Origin: a virus
Lineage: Duplodnaviria > Caudoviricetes
IMG/VR virus record: IMGVR_UViG_3300048856_000120
Span: 1 to 40,393 of that record
DNA: 40,393 nucleotides
Strand: one strand, 5' to 3'
The notes below the pieces were generated by a model. It saw only the letters and a program-made list of their open reading frames with translations, did not search any database and was not told where the DNA came from. Positions 16,777-26,770 of this stretch are shown here, in pieces. How positions within the stretch are numbered: the stretch's first letter is position 1; each line of letters begins with the position of its first letter. The position numbers were made by a program, and so were the translations under genes.

Positions 16777-17822
16777 CAGACTATTCCATACGTTCGAACG
16801 ACCGAGGCGAGATAATCGACCTTGTATTCTAGATGGCAGCGGCAGCCCGATATTTCGTTTATAGGCGCATCCGGATCGCCGGGGTAACGCAGGCGTGCCC
16901 CTGACAAGCTTTGAAAAGCACCATCGAACCCGATCGCCTTGCCGTTCAGAACATGGTGTGTGTGTCGGACCCGGCCGTCGCCGGCCGATCGCCATATCTT
17001 CTGCACATCGGAAACAGCGACCTTGCCGTTGTCGATCTGCTGACGCATGGCATTGTCGCGGGCAGTGCCTATCGCCATCATAGTCTCTGTCCGGGCGAGC
17101 ATTTCTCCGCGAAGCTGAAGCAGCCGGTCTGAATAGCGGCCGACCATGCGAGAGACGGTCTCGGCAGGAACTGGCTTGCCTTCGTTGATCGCCTTCAACA
17201 CGGTGCCGTCAAAACGTTTGTCACGCCGCTGCCTTGTCAGATAGTTGCGCAGAAGCGCGGTATCGCCCGAAAGTAGTTCGGCACGCGCCGAGGCAACGAA
17301 ACGCTCCTGCGGTGCCGTCAGTCCTATTATGCCGCCTTCCCGCTTGCCGGTAACCCTGCTGATGCGTCCAATAACGTCGAGAGCGGTCGACCGAGGGTTC
17401 CTGCCCTCCGATAGACCTGTCTCAAGTGCCTGGCGAACCGCGACGCGCTGATCGTCAACGATACGTGTCACAAGTTGCGCCGAATGATCGCGCAAGAAAG
17501 CGTCGCCCTCGGGGTTACGGACGCCGAAACGGAAGATCACCCGATTGCCTTCCGGATCCTTCAGCTTGGGCAGGTTTTCGACAAAGCTGGTACCGCCTGA
17601 GTTATAGGCATCCCGCAACGCCAGCTCCAGCGCGGTAAATGCCTCACCTTCCAGTTGTATGGCTTCAATCGCTCCTGTGATGTCGCCTTTCTCCAGGCGC
17701 TCGACCACTATGCGAAGGGTAATCTGCGATTTGATCGCGTCGATGCCTTGATAGAACGCTTCAACTAGTGCTGCGTCGTACTTGTCGAGCAGCTGCTCGA
17801 AGATACTGCGGTTGCTTGCCAT
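16776..17822 (-). CDS. Head morphogenesis protein (MuF/SPP1 gp7 family)
   Basis: LARTET..KIWRSAGDGRVRHTH..YPGDP..CRC motif. Confidence 0.9.
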   Translation of the reverse strand: MASNRSIFEQLLDKYDAALVEAFYQGIDAIKSQITLRIVVERLEKGDITGAIEAIQLEGEAFTALELALRDAYNSGGTSFVENLPKLKDPEGNRVIFRFGVRNPEGDAFLRDHSAQLVTRIVDDQRVAVRQALETGLSEGRNPRSTALDVIGRISRVTGKREGGIIGLTAPQERFVASARAELLSGDTALLRNYLTRQRRDKRFDGTVLKAINEGKPVPAETVSRMVGRYSDRLLQLRGEMLARTETMMAIGTARDNAMRQQIDNGKVAVSDVQKIWRSAGDGRVRHTHHVLNGKAIGFDGAFQSLSGARLRYPGDPDAPINEISGCRCHLEYKVDYLASVVRTYGIV

Positions 17823-17876
17823 CAGATGAACTCCTTAGGGATGGGAGCATCTCTGAGCATCGGTCTCTCCCATACA

Positions 17877-17902
17877 AAAGGCGGCCCACAAGGACCGCCT
17901 TC
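17877..17902 (-). terminator. Terminator of the 17929-18261 moron
   Basis: Minus strand AAGGCGGTCC-ttgt-GGGCCGCC-TTTT. Confidence 0.7.
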
Positions 17903-17928
17903 AGCTACTCAGAGTAGTGGACTAGATT

Positions 17929-18261
17929 TCAGAGGCGGAAGATCGCCAATGGGTACCAATATCCGTCATTGTGACGACGGTAGCCGCGGCGCTGTTCGCG
18001 GTAACCACGGTGGCCATTCCAATAGCCACGACGATCGCGACGGGTCTCATACCGATCATGGCGCCTATCGTGACGATCCCAACGCTTCTTTCTCTCATTC
18101 CGATGTTCGTAGCGGCGTTTATCATTGTGCTGGACCTGCACAACGTTCGAAGCCACTGGAACCTGGGAGGCGAACGGCGTTGCCGATGCCGTACCAAGCG
18201 ATGTCAGGCCCATAAAGACGGCCATGATTCCTGCGATAAATGTAGAAACGATTTTTTTCAT
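17929..18261 (-). CDS. Secreted Arg/His-rich protein resembling the N-terminal half of BA14K-family proteins
   Basis: Signal peptide MKKIVSTFIAG..ASA, VVQVQ, YWNGHRGYRE..RRHNDGYWYPLA; GGAG RBS. Confidence 0.7.
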   Translation of the reverse strand: MKKIVSTFIAGIMAVFMGLTSLGTASATPFASQVPVASNVVQVQHNDKRRYEHRNERKKRWDRHDRRHDRYETRRDRRGYWNGHRGYREQRRGYRRHNDGYWYPLAIFRL

Positions 18262-18327
18262 AGAAGCTCCTATTAACAATGCGCTGAGAGGTGCGCCTTT
18301 GACTGTTAACAGGGCATGAACAGATTT

Positions 18328-18690
18328 TTAGTTTCGGGCCTGCACCTCGTAATAGACACTGGTTCCGGCCGGATTAAGCGGCATAACACGAACAAGTGAA
18401 TGAGACACTCCGCCGATCATCAGTTTATCCGTGGTGACAGGAACAATCGCTAAGCCTTTGGCGGCAATGTAGACCTTCTTGTCGCTTGCCTTGATCAGAG
18501 TGCCGTCGATGTCCTTATTGTCAAACCGCAGCACCGCTAGCGTGCAAGGCGTCTTCTGGATCGTTGGTTCGCCCGGATCCCAGACAGGACCGCTGCCGGG
18601 AACGTCGCGCCATATCTCGCCAGCCTGCCCGAACTTGTCGAGCAGACGCAGCGCAGTGGCTTGCGCGCGGGCATAATCGAACTTTGCCAT
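18328..18690 (-). CDS. Head closure / head-tail joining protein
   Basis: FDYARAQATALRLLDKFG..IDGTLIKASD..PLNPAG..YEVQAR motif. Confidence 0.8.
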   Translation of the reverse strand: MAKFDYARAQATALRLLDKFGQAGEIWRDVPGSGPVWDPGEPTIQKTPCTLAVLRFDNKDIDGTLIKASDKKVYIAAKGLAIVPVTTDKLMIGGVSHSLVRVMPLNPAGTSVYYEVQARN

Positions 18691-19184
18691 CAGCCTATCG
18701 ACCACATTCCAATGGACTGAGCCGGAACGATGCGCAGATACGGCGCGAGCATTCCGTCCACGACAGTCATGATCGGGGTTAGCCCGTCGACGAGCGACCC
18801 GCTGCTCGACGAGTTTTGATATTCAACCTCGAGTTCGCCGACCTTCTCGCGTTTTACGGTGGTCGTTGACGAACCGACAGCAGTCAGGCTGCCGGGATTG
18901 GTTGCCTCCTGGAAGGCAGCATAGAAGCTGGCATAAACGACAGCATTCGGAGTGGTTGTTTCCGGTATGGCAACCCCACCCACAACCGCATTACGACGAG
19001 GCCATGCACGGTCTTGCCCGAACGGAGCGACAGGTTCACCAACGAACCGCGCTCCATACAGGCTATCGATATACTGGCTGCCACGCTGGCGGAGAATGGC
19101 TTTCGCGGGAGCATTTTCCGGCAACGTATAGCCGTTATCGCTCAACCACGTGGTGAACAGCTCGTCGGTGCCGTATCCAGCCAT
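18690..19184 (-). CDS. Head-tail adaptor (often annotated DnaT-like)
   Basis: MAGYGT..LRQRGSQYID..QDRAWPR..REKVGELEVEY. Confidence 0.8.
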   Translation of the reverse strand: MAGYGTDELFTTWLSDNGYTLPENAPAKAILRQRGSQYIDSLYGARFVGEPVAPFGQDRAWPRRNAVVGGVAIPETTTPNAVVYASFYAAFQEATNPGSLTAVGSSTTTVKREKVGELEVEYQNSSSSGSLVDGLTPIMTVVDGMLAPYLRIVPAQSIGMWSIG

Positions 19185-19238
19185 GGCTCTATTCTCCGGT
19201 GAAATGAGGTGCCCTGCCATTTCCAGCAGGGCAAATGA

Positions 19239-19571
19239 TCAAGGCTGAGTTGCGAGCTCTTCAAGAGCAGCAATGATCTCTTCCTTGGTACCCGGCGTCT
19301 TGTCGCCAAGAAGCTTTTTTGCTTCAGACTTGAACGTCATGAAGTTTCCCGTCTGCAATTCCAGAACCTGGAGAGCAGTCTTCGGGCTTTCGTCCTTGTC
19401 TGCAGCCGGTGCAGGATTGGTGACAGCCTTCTTGCCTTCAGTATCGCCGCCGGAAATGACTTCATAGCGTCCTGCCCAGCCTTTGGGCTCTTCTTTGACG
19501 GTCAATTGGGTACCAATGGCGATCTCGCCATCCTTACCGAATATCCCGCCCTGAGTGATTTTGATTTTCAT
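19239..19571 (-). CDS. Head-associated hypothetical protein
   Basis: Start MKIKIT with GGAG RBS; follows the major capsid gene. Confidence 0.7.
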   Translation of the reverse strand: MKIKITQGGIFGKDGEIAIGTQLTVKEEPKGWAGRYEVISGGDTEGKKAVTNPAPAADKDESPKTALQVLELQTGNFMTFKSEAKKLLGDKTPGTKEEIIAALEELATQP

Positions 19572-19600
19572 GTGCTTATCTCCAAGCAATGAGAGGGGGA

Positions 19601-19623
19601 AGCCCCGCCCGAAGGCGAGGCGT
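19601..19623 (-). terminator. Stem-loop after the major capsid gene
   Basis: Minus strand GCCTCGCC-TTCG-GGCGGGGC-TT, a C(UUCG)G tetraloop. Confidence 0.6.
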
Positions 19624-19628
19624 TGGGA

Positions 19629-20687
19629 TCAGTCGATGTCGGTGGAATAGAAAACGCCAGACTTGCCGTTGAAGTCAGCCCGGATTTCGATGCCCATCGC
19701 TCCCATGATGAGGAACTGATAGTTGTCGGTCGGGTTCTGGCGGGTCTTGGCAGTCGTGTTCACGGCCATCCCCACGAGCGGACGGATGTAATCCGAGTTC
19801 GGTACGAACCCGAAGAATGCATTGCCTGTCAGCTCATAGGTCACCGCGATCTTGTTGATGCGGCGGTTTTTGGCGACGAACTCCATGATGGTGCCGGGTT
19901 TGAAGCCAGCAGCAGCGGAATAAGCCTTGTCCCACGCACGAGCGATTTCTGGCGAGATGTAAAGGTTCACCTTGCCGGTAATCAGATTGGCATCGAGCAT
20001 CGCTCCGAACGGGCCGGAGAAGAACGCATCGATCTGGTCAGCCGTGGCTGTGGTCAGATCAATATTCGCGCCACCGGCTGCTGAGCCAAGGTTGATGGCC
20101 TTGGACAGCGGAGAGGTGCGAATGCCGTAGGCCTGATAGCCGCCGACAACGATCGTCGAATCGCCATCGAGAGCGTAGAGGGCCATGTCGCGGCGGATCT
20201 TCGCGGTATGGGCTTCCTGATCGTCCGACAGAGCGTCAAAATTCTCGGACTGAAGCGTGTTCCACTCGCGCCATTCGCGACCGTAGGCGGTCGAGAAGAT
20301 CGGCACGGGCGAACCACGATAGTCGTAGGTGACCTTGTCGAGCGGGACAGGAACCTGACCGGACATCGAGCGTACCACCGTGCCGGCATCCGAAGACACT
20401 CGGTTCAGGTGGACGAGTTTGCCGATGTTGACGGCCTTCGCAAGCGGCATAAGATCGGCCATATAGACCTGACCTTCGTCGTTGCGCATCACCCGGCGGG
20501 TAATACCGTCGAGATCAAGCCAAGCATCGCGAGGAAGGATGGCAGCGGCATTGCCGAGCATTTCCTGCATCAGATTGGCGTGGATTTCCTCGGTGCGATG
20601 GAAGTGTTCCCGTTCCACCGAGAGTTCGCCCCACCAGGCCGCGTGCGGCCGGGAGTTGGCGACTAGCTGTTGATCGAAATAGCGCAT
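19629..20687 (-). CDS. Major capsid protein
   Basis: Start MRYFD with AAGGAG RBS; about 352 aa, PVPIFSTAYGREWREW; follows decoration gene. Confidence 0.88.
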   Translation of the reverse strand: MRYFDQQLVANSRPHAAWWGELSVEREHFHRTEEIHANLMQEMLGNAAAILPRDAWLDLDGITRRVMRNDEGQVYMADLMPLAKAVNIGKLVHLNRVSSDAGTVVRSMSGQVPVPLDKVTYDYRGSPVPIFSTAYGREWREWNTLQSENFDALSDDQEAHTAKIRRDMALYALDGDSTIVVGGYQAYGIRTSPLSKAINLGSAAGGANIDLTTATADQIDAFFSGPFGAMLDANLITGKVNLYISPEIARAWDKAYSAAAGFKPGTIMEFVAKNRRINKIAVTYELTGNAFFGFVPNSDYIRPLVGMAVNTTAKTRQNPTDNYQFLIMGAMGIEIRADFNGKSGVFYSTDID

Positions 20688-20697
20688 GTCGGTCTCC

Positions 20698-21147
20698 TTA
20701 TGCCGCTGCCAGAGTACCCTTGGCCGCGCGAGCGCGAACAAGCTGATCTGATCCAGAGGTGTTGTTGTAGGCTTCTTCAGCAAAGGCGATGATGCGATTG
20801 CCTGTAGCAGCCAAAATGAACTTGCCCGATGCATTCGTGGTCAGAGCAGCGCCGCGAGCGACGTTCACTCCTGTTGGAACGCGGACGTTGAAGAACTGCT
20901 CGTCGAGCATTTCCATACCAATGACGCGGTCACCGGCTGCCCATGCCTCGTCCACGCCCTTGAGTGTCAGGTAGTTGTCCTGAGCGACGTAGATCTTGAG
21001 GTTGCTGTTTGCGCCGGCCTGGGCGAAGTTCGCGCCGGACTCCACGAGTGCGGTGCCGGGCAGGATAGCAGCAGCGCAGATACGCTCCTGAACCTGGGGT
21101 GTTGCCTCGGTAAAGGGACCGGCAAAGATCTTGTTATAACGGGCCAT
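20698..21147 (-). CDS. Head decoration protein
   Basis: 149 aa between protease/scaffold and capsid genes; GAALTTNASG motif. Confidence 0.75.
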   Translation of the reverse strand: MARYNKIFAGPFTEATPQVQERICAAAILPGTALVESGANFAQAGANSNLKIYVAQDNYLTLKGVDEAWAAGDRVIGMEMLDEQFFNVRVPTGVNVARGAALTTNASGKFILAATGNRIIAFAEEAYNNTSGSDQLVRARAAKGTLAAA

Positions 21148-21148
21148 C

Positions 21149-22264
21149 TTACTTGTCTCCTTCCGGAAGCTTGAATGCAGGCGCCTCGCCTTTCGGCTTG
21201 AATGCGCCGTTGAGCGCAGCGGCTGTTCCTGGCTTTGCCTTCTCGGCCAGCTTACGCGCGGCGTTAAGGGTCAATTCCTTGGCGCTGTCTTCGTCGAGGA
21301 TGTTTGCCTTGACGATTGTCTGCACCAGGCCGGCCAGTTCAGCGTCGTCCTTGGACTTCTGGTTGGCCTGCATTTCCGAGAGATTGTCGGTCAGCGGCTT
21401 TACGGCAGCGCTGACCGCGTTGGAGATCGTTTCGCCGATCTTGTCGAGGCCTTCCGAGAGGGTATTCACCTTCGCGGAAAGCTCATCGAACTGCTCTTTC
21501 GATACAGTCATATCTGCTTCCTTTCGATTTGCAGAGGGTTCCCGCTCGGAGCTGAATGCTTCGATTAATGCGGCTTTCAATCGCTCCATGAGAGGTGCGC
21601 GCTGGCGCTTCTCAAGAGCCCGGACAGCTGAATCCAGTGCCCAATCCAGATCACGATCCGCTTCGTCGATCGCGGAGTTGATGACCTCGATTTCTTCTTC
21701 CTCGCCGTTCGCATTGACCAGCATGCCGACACCCTGCTCCGGGGTGGCAGCGCCTTCTGCATTGAGCAGAATGGCGTCATGGTCGAATACAATGTCGCGA
21801 GCGATATTCTTGTAGGGAACGTCGCCATTGGCGGCTTCCATCATGCAGTAAAGGCCGGTTGAGGTATGGATGGCCTCGCCCTTGTCAATGGCAGACAGGA
21901 CGGCCTTGCCGCCTTCCGATTCATTGGCGCGCGCGACATCAATCACCTTGTCAAGAAAGACACGGCCGTTCTCCCGGCGCAGGTTCTCATTCCAGGCACC
22001 GATCCAGCCTATATTAATGCCTTCGGGGTCACTGGCAGAGACGAACTTCCCGTTGATTGTCGGATGACCGAGGGGAGCAGGCGTGCGGTTGAGGCCGACG
22101 AAGCTCTTTGCGATCTCTTCTGCCGGATACATGATGTCATTCATGACGATGTTGTCAGGCAGCGTGGCGCTTGGAACGATGATCACATCGCGACCGTTGC
22201 GCTTCTCCTTGCGGACAGCCTTGGTATTGGCCGTCGAGCGTATATTGACGCGGACGTGCTTCAT
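21149..22264 (-). CDS. Prohead protease/scaffold
   Basis: PAPLGHP, IHTSTG, FDHDAILL..GAATPEQGVG; coiled-coil C-terminus. Confidence 0.82.
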   Translation of the reverse strand: MKHVRVNIRSTANTKAVRKEKRNGRDVIIVPSATLPDNIVMNDIMYPAEEIAKSFVGLNRTPAPLGHPTINGKFVSASDPEGINIGWIGAWNENLRRENGRVFLDKVIDVARANESEGGKAVLSAIDKGEAIHTSTGLYCMMEAANGDVPYKNIARDIVFDHDAILLNAEGAATPEQGVGMLVNANGEEEEIEVINSAIDEADRDLDWALDSAVRALEKRQRAPLMERLKAALIEAFSSEREPSANRKEADMTVSKEQFDELSAKVNTLSEGLDKIGETISNAVSAAVKPLTDNLSEMQANQKSKDDAELAGLVQTIVKANILDEDSAKELTLNAARKLAEKAKPGTAAALNGAFKPKGEAPAFKLPEGDK

Positions 22265-23649
22265 TGGGTTTTTTCCTTTGCAGGGGTTTTGACTGGAGGC
22301 GTCAAAGCGCCTTCCTTGTCAGCGTCGCTGTCCGTGTCGCGAAACTTCTCGTCGTCGGAAAGCGGCTCGTAATCAACGGACGCGCGAATTTCCTCGGGCG
22401 TGAAAACGAACTCGCCTGTGTCCTTCATCTTCTGATTGACGTCGGCCATCTTGGCCGCGCGATCGATCTTCTCGCTCATCGACGTTTCAGTCAGATCGGT
22501 CCATTGAAGGAACCAGTCCATTTCCGGCAGGATCCGGAAGCGCTCGAGGCGGTTGACCAGCGACATGGTGTTCGGAATGACCTGGCCGGTTCGGCGCGAC
22601 ATGTTGGTCTGCGCCCATTCGGCGGCATCTTCGGTGCTGGCGCGCTCGCCTGTCTGCGATCCGACAAGGATCTTCATAGGGATCGGGATTGAGGCTGCGA
22701 ACGACTGCAGGGCGATAGCGAAGAAATGTTCAGGCGATGGCAAGGTGATGTCGAGCGTTTTCGCCTGCATTCCCTGGATCATCAGCAGCTGGTCAAAGCC
22801 CTTCTGCCAATCCTTTACCTGATCGTCCATACGGTCAGCGATCTCTTCGAGCGGGACGCCCATGGCCTTCGCCATGTCTTCCAGACGGGCTTCCTTGTCG
22901 ATTTCAAACACCGGGGCGGATTTCGCATTCTTCCAAAAGCCCTCGCCGCCGGCGCCGCTAACCTTCTCCAGCGTCATCAGATCGTTGTAGCCTGGCTCAA
23001 GCAGTGATCGGTTGTGCACCGTGCCGTCACGAGACCAGATCAACACTCGATCGGGATGAAGCTGGAACTGGCGCTGTACCTTCTGCGACTGGTCAACCTG
23101 GGATTCGTTGAACTGGTACATCTTGGGATGTCCGTAATTCTCCGAACGCTCGTCAGTGTCCCATTCTGCTACCTGCAGCTGGCCTTCCCATGCGGGGATA
23201 AGTTCGACCAGTCCCAGAAGGCCACCGGGAACGGTATCCACCGGTTCCTGAAAGGTCTTGCTGTCGGCAAAGCGGAGGATGACACCCGAATAGCTCCCCA
23301 CGAGCGAACGACGGTCTGCATCGGCAAGGTTCTGCCAGAAGCGAAGATCATCAAACCGCTGGCGGATTTCCTTCTCCAGCTTGGTTTCCTTGGTGTCCTT
23401 GCCTTCGCTGCCGTCCCTCTCCTTCTCGAGAAGGAAGGGCATGTCTTGCCATGTCTTGAGGATTGTTTTCTCAACACCTGCGTGGGCAATCCCATTGCGG
23501 GTGTACATGTCGTAGAGCTGCTTGAACGTGAGATCAGTAGGAAAGCCGAAATCCGCGTAATGGTTATGCTTGATCTGGGCGAAGAAGCCGGGGAACATCG
23601 TGTCCAGACGTCGGACAGCCGCATTCCTTATCGATTGAATAGCATTCAT
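22261..23649 (-). CDS. Portal protein (DUF1073-like)
   Basis: 462 aa after TerL; YGHPKMY, IPMKILVGSQTGERASTED. Confidence 0.88.
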   Translation of the reverse strand: MNAIQSIRNAAVRRLDTMFPGFFAQIKHNHYADFGFPTDLTFKQLYDMYTRNGIAHAGVEKTILKTWQDMPFLLEKERDGSEGKDTKETKLEKEIRQRFDDLRFWQNLADADRRSLVGSYSGVILRFADSKTFQEPVDTVPGGLLGLVELIPAWEGQLQVAEWDTDERSENYGHPKMYQFNESQVDQSQKVQRQFQLHPDRVLIWSRDGTVHNRSLLEPGYNDLMTLEKVSGAGGEGFWKNAKSAPVFEIDKEARLEDMAKAMGVPLEEIADRMDDQVKDWQKGFDQLLMIQGMQAKTLDITLPSPEHFFAIALQSFAASIPIPMKILVGSQTGERASTEDAAEWAQTNMSRRTGQVIPNTMSLVNRLERFRILPEMDWFLQWTDLTETSMSEKIDRAAKMADVNQKMKDTGEFVFTPEEIRASVDYEPLSDDEKFRDTDSDADKEGALTPPVKTPAKEKTQ

Positions 23650-25058
23650 GAGCGGTGCTTCTTCTTCAGGAACATGGCGGCAACGGCCGGGTCATTGAGC
23701 AGCGCATTGAAGGCTCGGCTCGTGCTGTCTGCATCGTCGTCATGAGAAGCCTCGGGGAAGCCTTCGAGTTCAGAGAACCAGATTTCATTCCATGGAGCGC
23801 GAAGGACGAAGACGTTTCCGGCCTCGGCCTGCGCTGAGAAGGCGCTGAAGCGGGTAATCTTGTCGCCGGACTCGGGTGAAGCCCTGACGTTGAATCCAAC
23901 AAGCAGTTTCGTCAGCGCCGCTATTTGGCTCTTGCCCGCCTGCCCCGGATCCTGCGGGAGTGAAATTTCTACGCCGGTACCGTCAGCATCAGCCGTATTC
24001 TTGATCAGCCGTTCAACGCCGCTTGGCGACAACCGATCGCGGCGATGATCGGCAATGAAAAACCGACCGTCCTGCGTCTTTCCAATCTTGGTACCGGCAG
24101 TCCAGTCCGGATCGTTGCTCTCGATCTTCGGTGTTGCCGCCAAGTCCCATCCGCGAAGCCAGCGAATGTCGCTCGGTACTGCGTCAACAACCTGACACCA
24201 GCCACGCTGGAAATAGAGACCAGCAGCTGGTCTGATCTTCCAGTTACCACCGAGAAGCCGCTCACGCTCTACCGTGGGAAGAGACATAAGGCTGGCGAGG
24301 TAGCTTGGATCAGCTGCCATCAAAGCGCGGTTGTCGCTAAGCTTGGCAGGGATGAACGTTACTGACTTCGGAGGTATCGGCGCATCAATGCCGTCCTCGT
24401 TAGGTGCGGTGTAGTGAGCGAGATCCGCAGGACTATCGCCCCAGATGATCGCATCACCGATACGAACGAACCATCGCAGGACGCCGGCACGCTCTGGAAT
24501 GGGTAATCCTGTGTCGGGATTAATCCACCAGGATATGAACTCGGCAACCCAGCTATCAGCATCGGGATTGCATGTGGCCCGGATATAAGGCTTCACGCCG
24601 CTCATCGAGCGGTTGCGCGAAACCATGTACCAGAACTGTTTGGCGCTGAAGTGCGTCAGCTCATCGAAACAGATGAGCGGGATCTGCGAGCCCTGCCAAT
24701 TGAGAACGGTCTTGTCATGCTCAAGGTGAGCAAACGAAACCGACGAACCTGAAGGAAAATTCCATTGGAGCACATGCTCCTTTGGAGCTGCCCCGATAGA
24801 CGGATAGAGCTTTTCGCTCTCATCCCACAGACCACCCTCGTTACGAACCTGGACAGTGGACCGGCGAAAGAACACGGCGCCGAACTGCGGGTTGGCCACA
24901 TGGCGCAGCGGCTCCATAAGCAGTGCCCATGTCTTACCGCCTCCGGCAGAGCCGCCATAGATCGCGATATCAGCGGGAGACGCCAGGAAAGCAGTCTGCG
25001 GTCCTTCCTGCGGTCGAATGATTGTCTGGGCAACGTGCCCTGCGCTAGCTCCTGCCAT
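23646..25058 (-). CDS. terL: Terminase large subunit
   Basis: Walker A YGGSAGGGKT, Walker B ICFDE, ATCNP, nuclease WDLA..HDDDAD. Confidence 0.96.
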   Translation of the reverse strand: MAGASAGHVAQTIIRPQEGPQTAFLASPADIAIYGGSAGGGKTWALLMEPLRHVANPQFGAVFFRRSTVQVRNEGGLWDESEKLYPSIGAAPKEHVLQWNFPSGSSVSFAHLEHDKTVLNWQGSQIPLICFDELTHFSAKQFWYMVSRNRSMSGVKPYIRATCNPDADSWVAEFISWWINPDTGLPIPERAGVLRWFVRIGDAIIWGDSPADLAHYTAPNEDGIDAPIPPKSVTFIPAKLSDNRALMAADPSYLASLMSLPTVERERLLGGNWKIRPAAGLYFQRGWCQVVDAVPSDIRWLRGWDLAATPKIESNDPDWTAGTKIGKTQDGRFFIADHRRDRLSPSGVERLIKNTADADGTGVEISLPQDPGQAGKSQIAALTKLLVGFNVRASPESGDKITRFSAFSAQAEAGNVFVLRAPWNEIWFSELEGFPEASHDDDADSTSRAFNALLNDPAVAAMFLKKKHRS

Positions 25059-25509
25059 TGTCGGGTAACTGGAAGATCGTCACCGGAGACACTGGCACCG
25101 GCAAATCCTTTCCATCCTTCCCGGTCAGTTCGCGCCGGTTGGTGTATGATCCGCCAACCTCTTCGGCTGCCTGTTTCAGTAAGGAGGATGCGAGGACCAT
25201 GTTTCCCTGCGTCTCTGCCTTGTCTGCCATGCGCTGGAGAGCGCGCAACCGAACGGCGCGATGAGAAATGGCAATCGTTGCCGTATCCTCGAGGAAAGTC
25301 TTGCGCGTCTCTTCGAACAGCGCTTTCCACTTCTCCGCGAGTTTGCTGCCCGCCTTCTTGCTCGGGTCGTATCCCTCAACCGACTGGCGAGTGATCGTTT
25401 CCCCGAATTCCTTCCTGACTGCATCGACAACAACAGAAGGTGTGTCGAAGCATGCGAGGCTCTGCACGATGAAGGTTTGCACGTGCTGACTGAGTTTTCC
25501 TTTCGCCAT
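25045..25509 (-). CDS. terS: Terminase small subunit (DUF2280)
   Basis: FIVQSLACFDTPS..YDP..RELTGKDG; overlaps the TerL start. Confidence 0.88.
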   Translation of the reverse strand: MAKGKLSQHVQTFIVQSLACFDTPSVVVDAVRKEFGETITRQSVEGYDPSKKAGSKLAEKWKALFEETRKTFLEDTATIAISHRAVRLRALQRMADKAETQGNMVLASSLLKQAAEEVGGSYTNRRELTGKDGKDLPVPVSPVTIFQLPDNGRS

Positions 25510-25534
25510 GGATTTGTCAGGCTCCGGTCAGGAA

Positions 25535-25700
25535 TTACGCAGCACACAGCTGGCAGATACCGCATGCATGAGCGATACGGACATTGGCAATTTCTGGCCC
25601 TGCATTGGCTGCATCTACGAGTGCACGGACATGTGAGCCATCTGCCCCATAGCGGCGGACACACCGATGAACTCTTCGATGTCATGTCCTTCCAGGGTAT
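25535..25700 (-). pseudogene. Frameshifted, 5'-truncated putative phage metallopeptidase
   Basis: LEGHDIEEFIGV, then after a 1-nt shift VRRYGADGSHVRALVDAANAGPEIANVRIAHACGICQ*. This matches the C-terminus of the metallopeptidase usually found upstream of terS. Confidence 0.75.
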
Positions 25701-25770
25701 ATCTCCGCTTGCATTCCGGTCTTGGTGAGCGTCCAATAATCTGCGCGCCGGGATGCGCGGAGGAGAAGTA

Positions 25771-25962
25771 ATGACCCACGATAAACAGGCTTCGGGTTGG
25801 AAGAACCGCACCTCTGGAAAGGCTGGAGAGACCTATACCGTTGACCATCTTATGGAAGCGTTTGGTCTTAATAGAGATGACGCAGAACAGTTGATCGAAA
25901 AATACAACGGTGATTGCGAAAGGATCAACGATTTTATCCGCGCTCGAAAAACGCGCAAGTAA
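25771..25962 (+). CDS. DUF3606-like small protein, copy 1
   Basis: GGAGGAG RBS; ETYTVDHLMEAFGLNRDDAEQLIEKYNGD is similar to the 27978 ORF. Confidence 0.65.
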   Translation: MTHDKQASGWKNRTSGKAGETYTVDHLMEAFGLNRDDAEQLIEKYNGDCERINDFIRARKTRK

Positions 25963-26202
25963 AGCTCTTGTGGCGTTTGCCGTCAATTTGGCTTGAACCA
26001 CTTCGTTATCGCGCCAGGCTCAACGTTGGTATGAAAGAACGGTCCATACGAGTCGCCCGTCGCCTTCACTCCAATGTAGGCACCGCGATGCTCCTGCCAT
26101 GTCGCCAGCATCAGACCGTGTTCCTTGTGAGTGACAAGGATGGGATCAGAACGCAGTGCATCGAAACATCGCGATCTGAGGTTGTAAATTGCTGACAATG
26201 CA

Positions 26203-26688
26203 CTACGTTGGCGTCGGCAAACCAACGACCCCTCGGTTTGCTCCCCTTAGGCCGGACTTACACAGTCCGGCTTTTTCTTTGAGCCATCGGAGCTGTGCGA
26301 ACTCCTGATCGCCGGTCATCTTGTAGATCGCGGCTTCTGACAGATGGTCTCTCGGGTTCTCGCCTACCGACAGGAGCCACAGGCACTGGACCGTGATCGC
26401 TTCCACCTCAGTCGGATCGAAATGGTAGAAGTTGTTCCCCGTTATCTCGACATCGTTGCAACGTTGAATGTGATGCACCAACTCGTGCACGAGCACACTC
26501 TGGTCGAACAGATTGCCGTCGCGCAACTGGCGCAGTGCTATGAGCGGAGCGCGCAACCACGACCAGCGAATCTGACCCAGGCATTCCAGATCGGTCTCGA
26601 CCCTTATCTCGGGCAGATCATCCGGACATTCGTATCCAAGCAGATCGGCGGCGTAGACCATCATCTCGCGAGCATGATCGAGGTCCAT
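26203..26688 (-). CDS. HEXXH zinc-metalloprotease-like protein
   Basis: DQSVLVHELVHHIQ and downstream EVEA third-ligand motif. Confidence 0.7.
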   Translation of the reverse strand: MDLDHAREMMVYAADLLGYECPDDLPEIRVETDLECLGQIRWSWLRAPLIALRQLRDGNLFDQSVLVHELVHHIQRCNDVEITGNNFYHFDPTEVEAITVQCLWLLSVGENPRDHLSEAAIYKMTGDQEFAQLRWLKEKAGLCKSGLRGANRGVVGLPTPT

Positions 26689-26693
26689 GGGGG

Positions 26694-26762
26694 TTTTCCG
26701 TACACGTTTATTTTCTTTTCCGTACACGAATATTCTTGATCCGGGATCAATTTCCGTGTACG
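26694..26762. promoter_or_regulatory. brnTA promoter/operator repeats
   Basis: TTTTCCGTACACG twice, inverted CGTGTACG at 26755-26762, inner palindrome TTGATCC-G-GGATCAA. Confidence 0.65.
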
Positions 26763-26770
26763 AATAATCC

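Noticed and set aside
22261-23649. Possible anti-CBASS Acb1 label that is often attached to DUF1073 proteins
   Set aside because: Size and position indicate the portal; no phosphoesterase HxT/S motif pair recognised.
25983-26225. 80-aa minus-strand ORF
   Set aside because: No clear start or RBS; may be a gene remnant but is unsupported.
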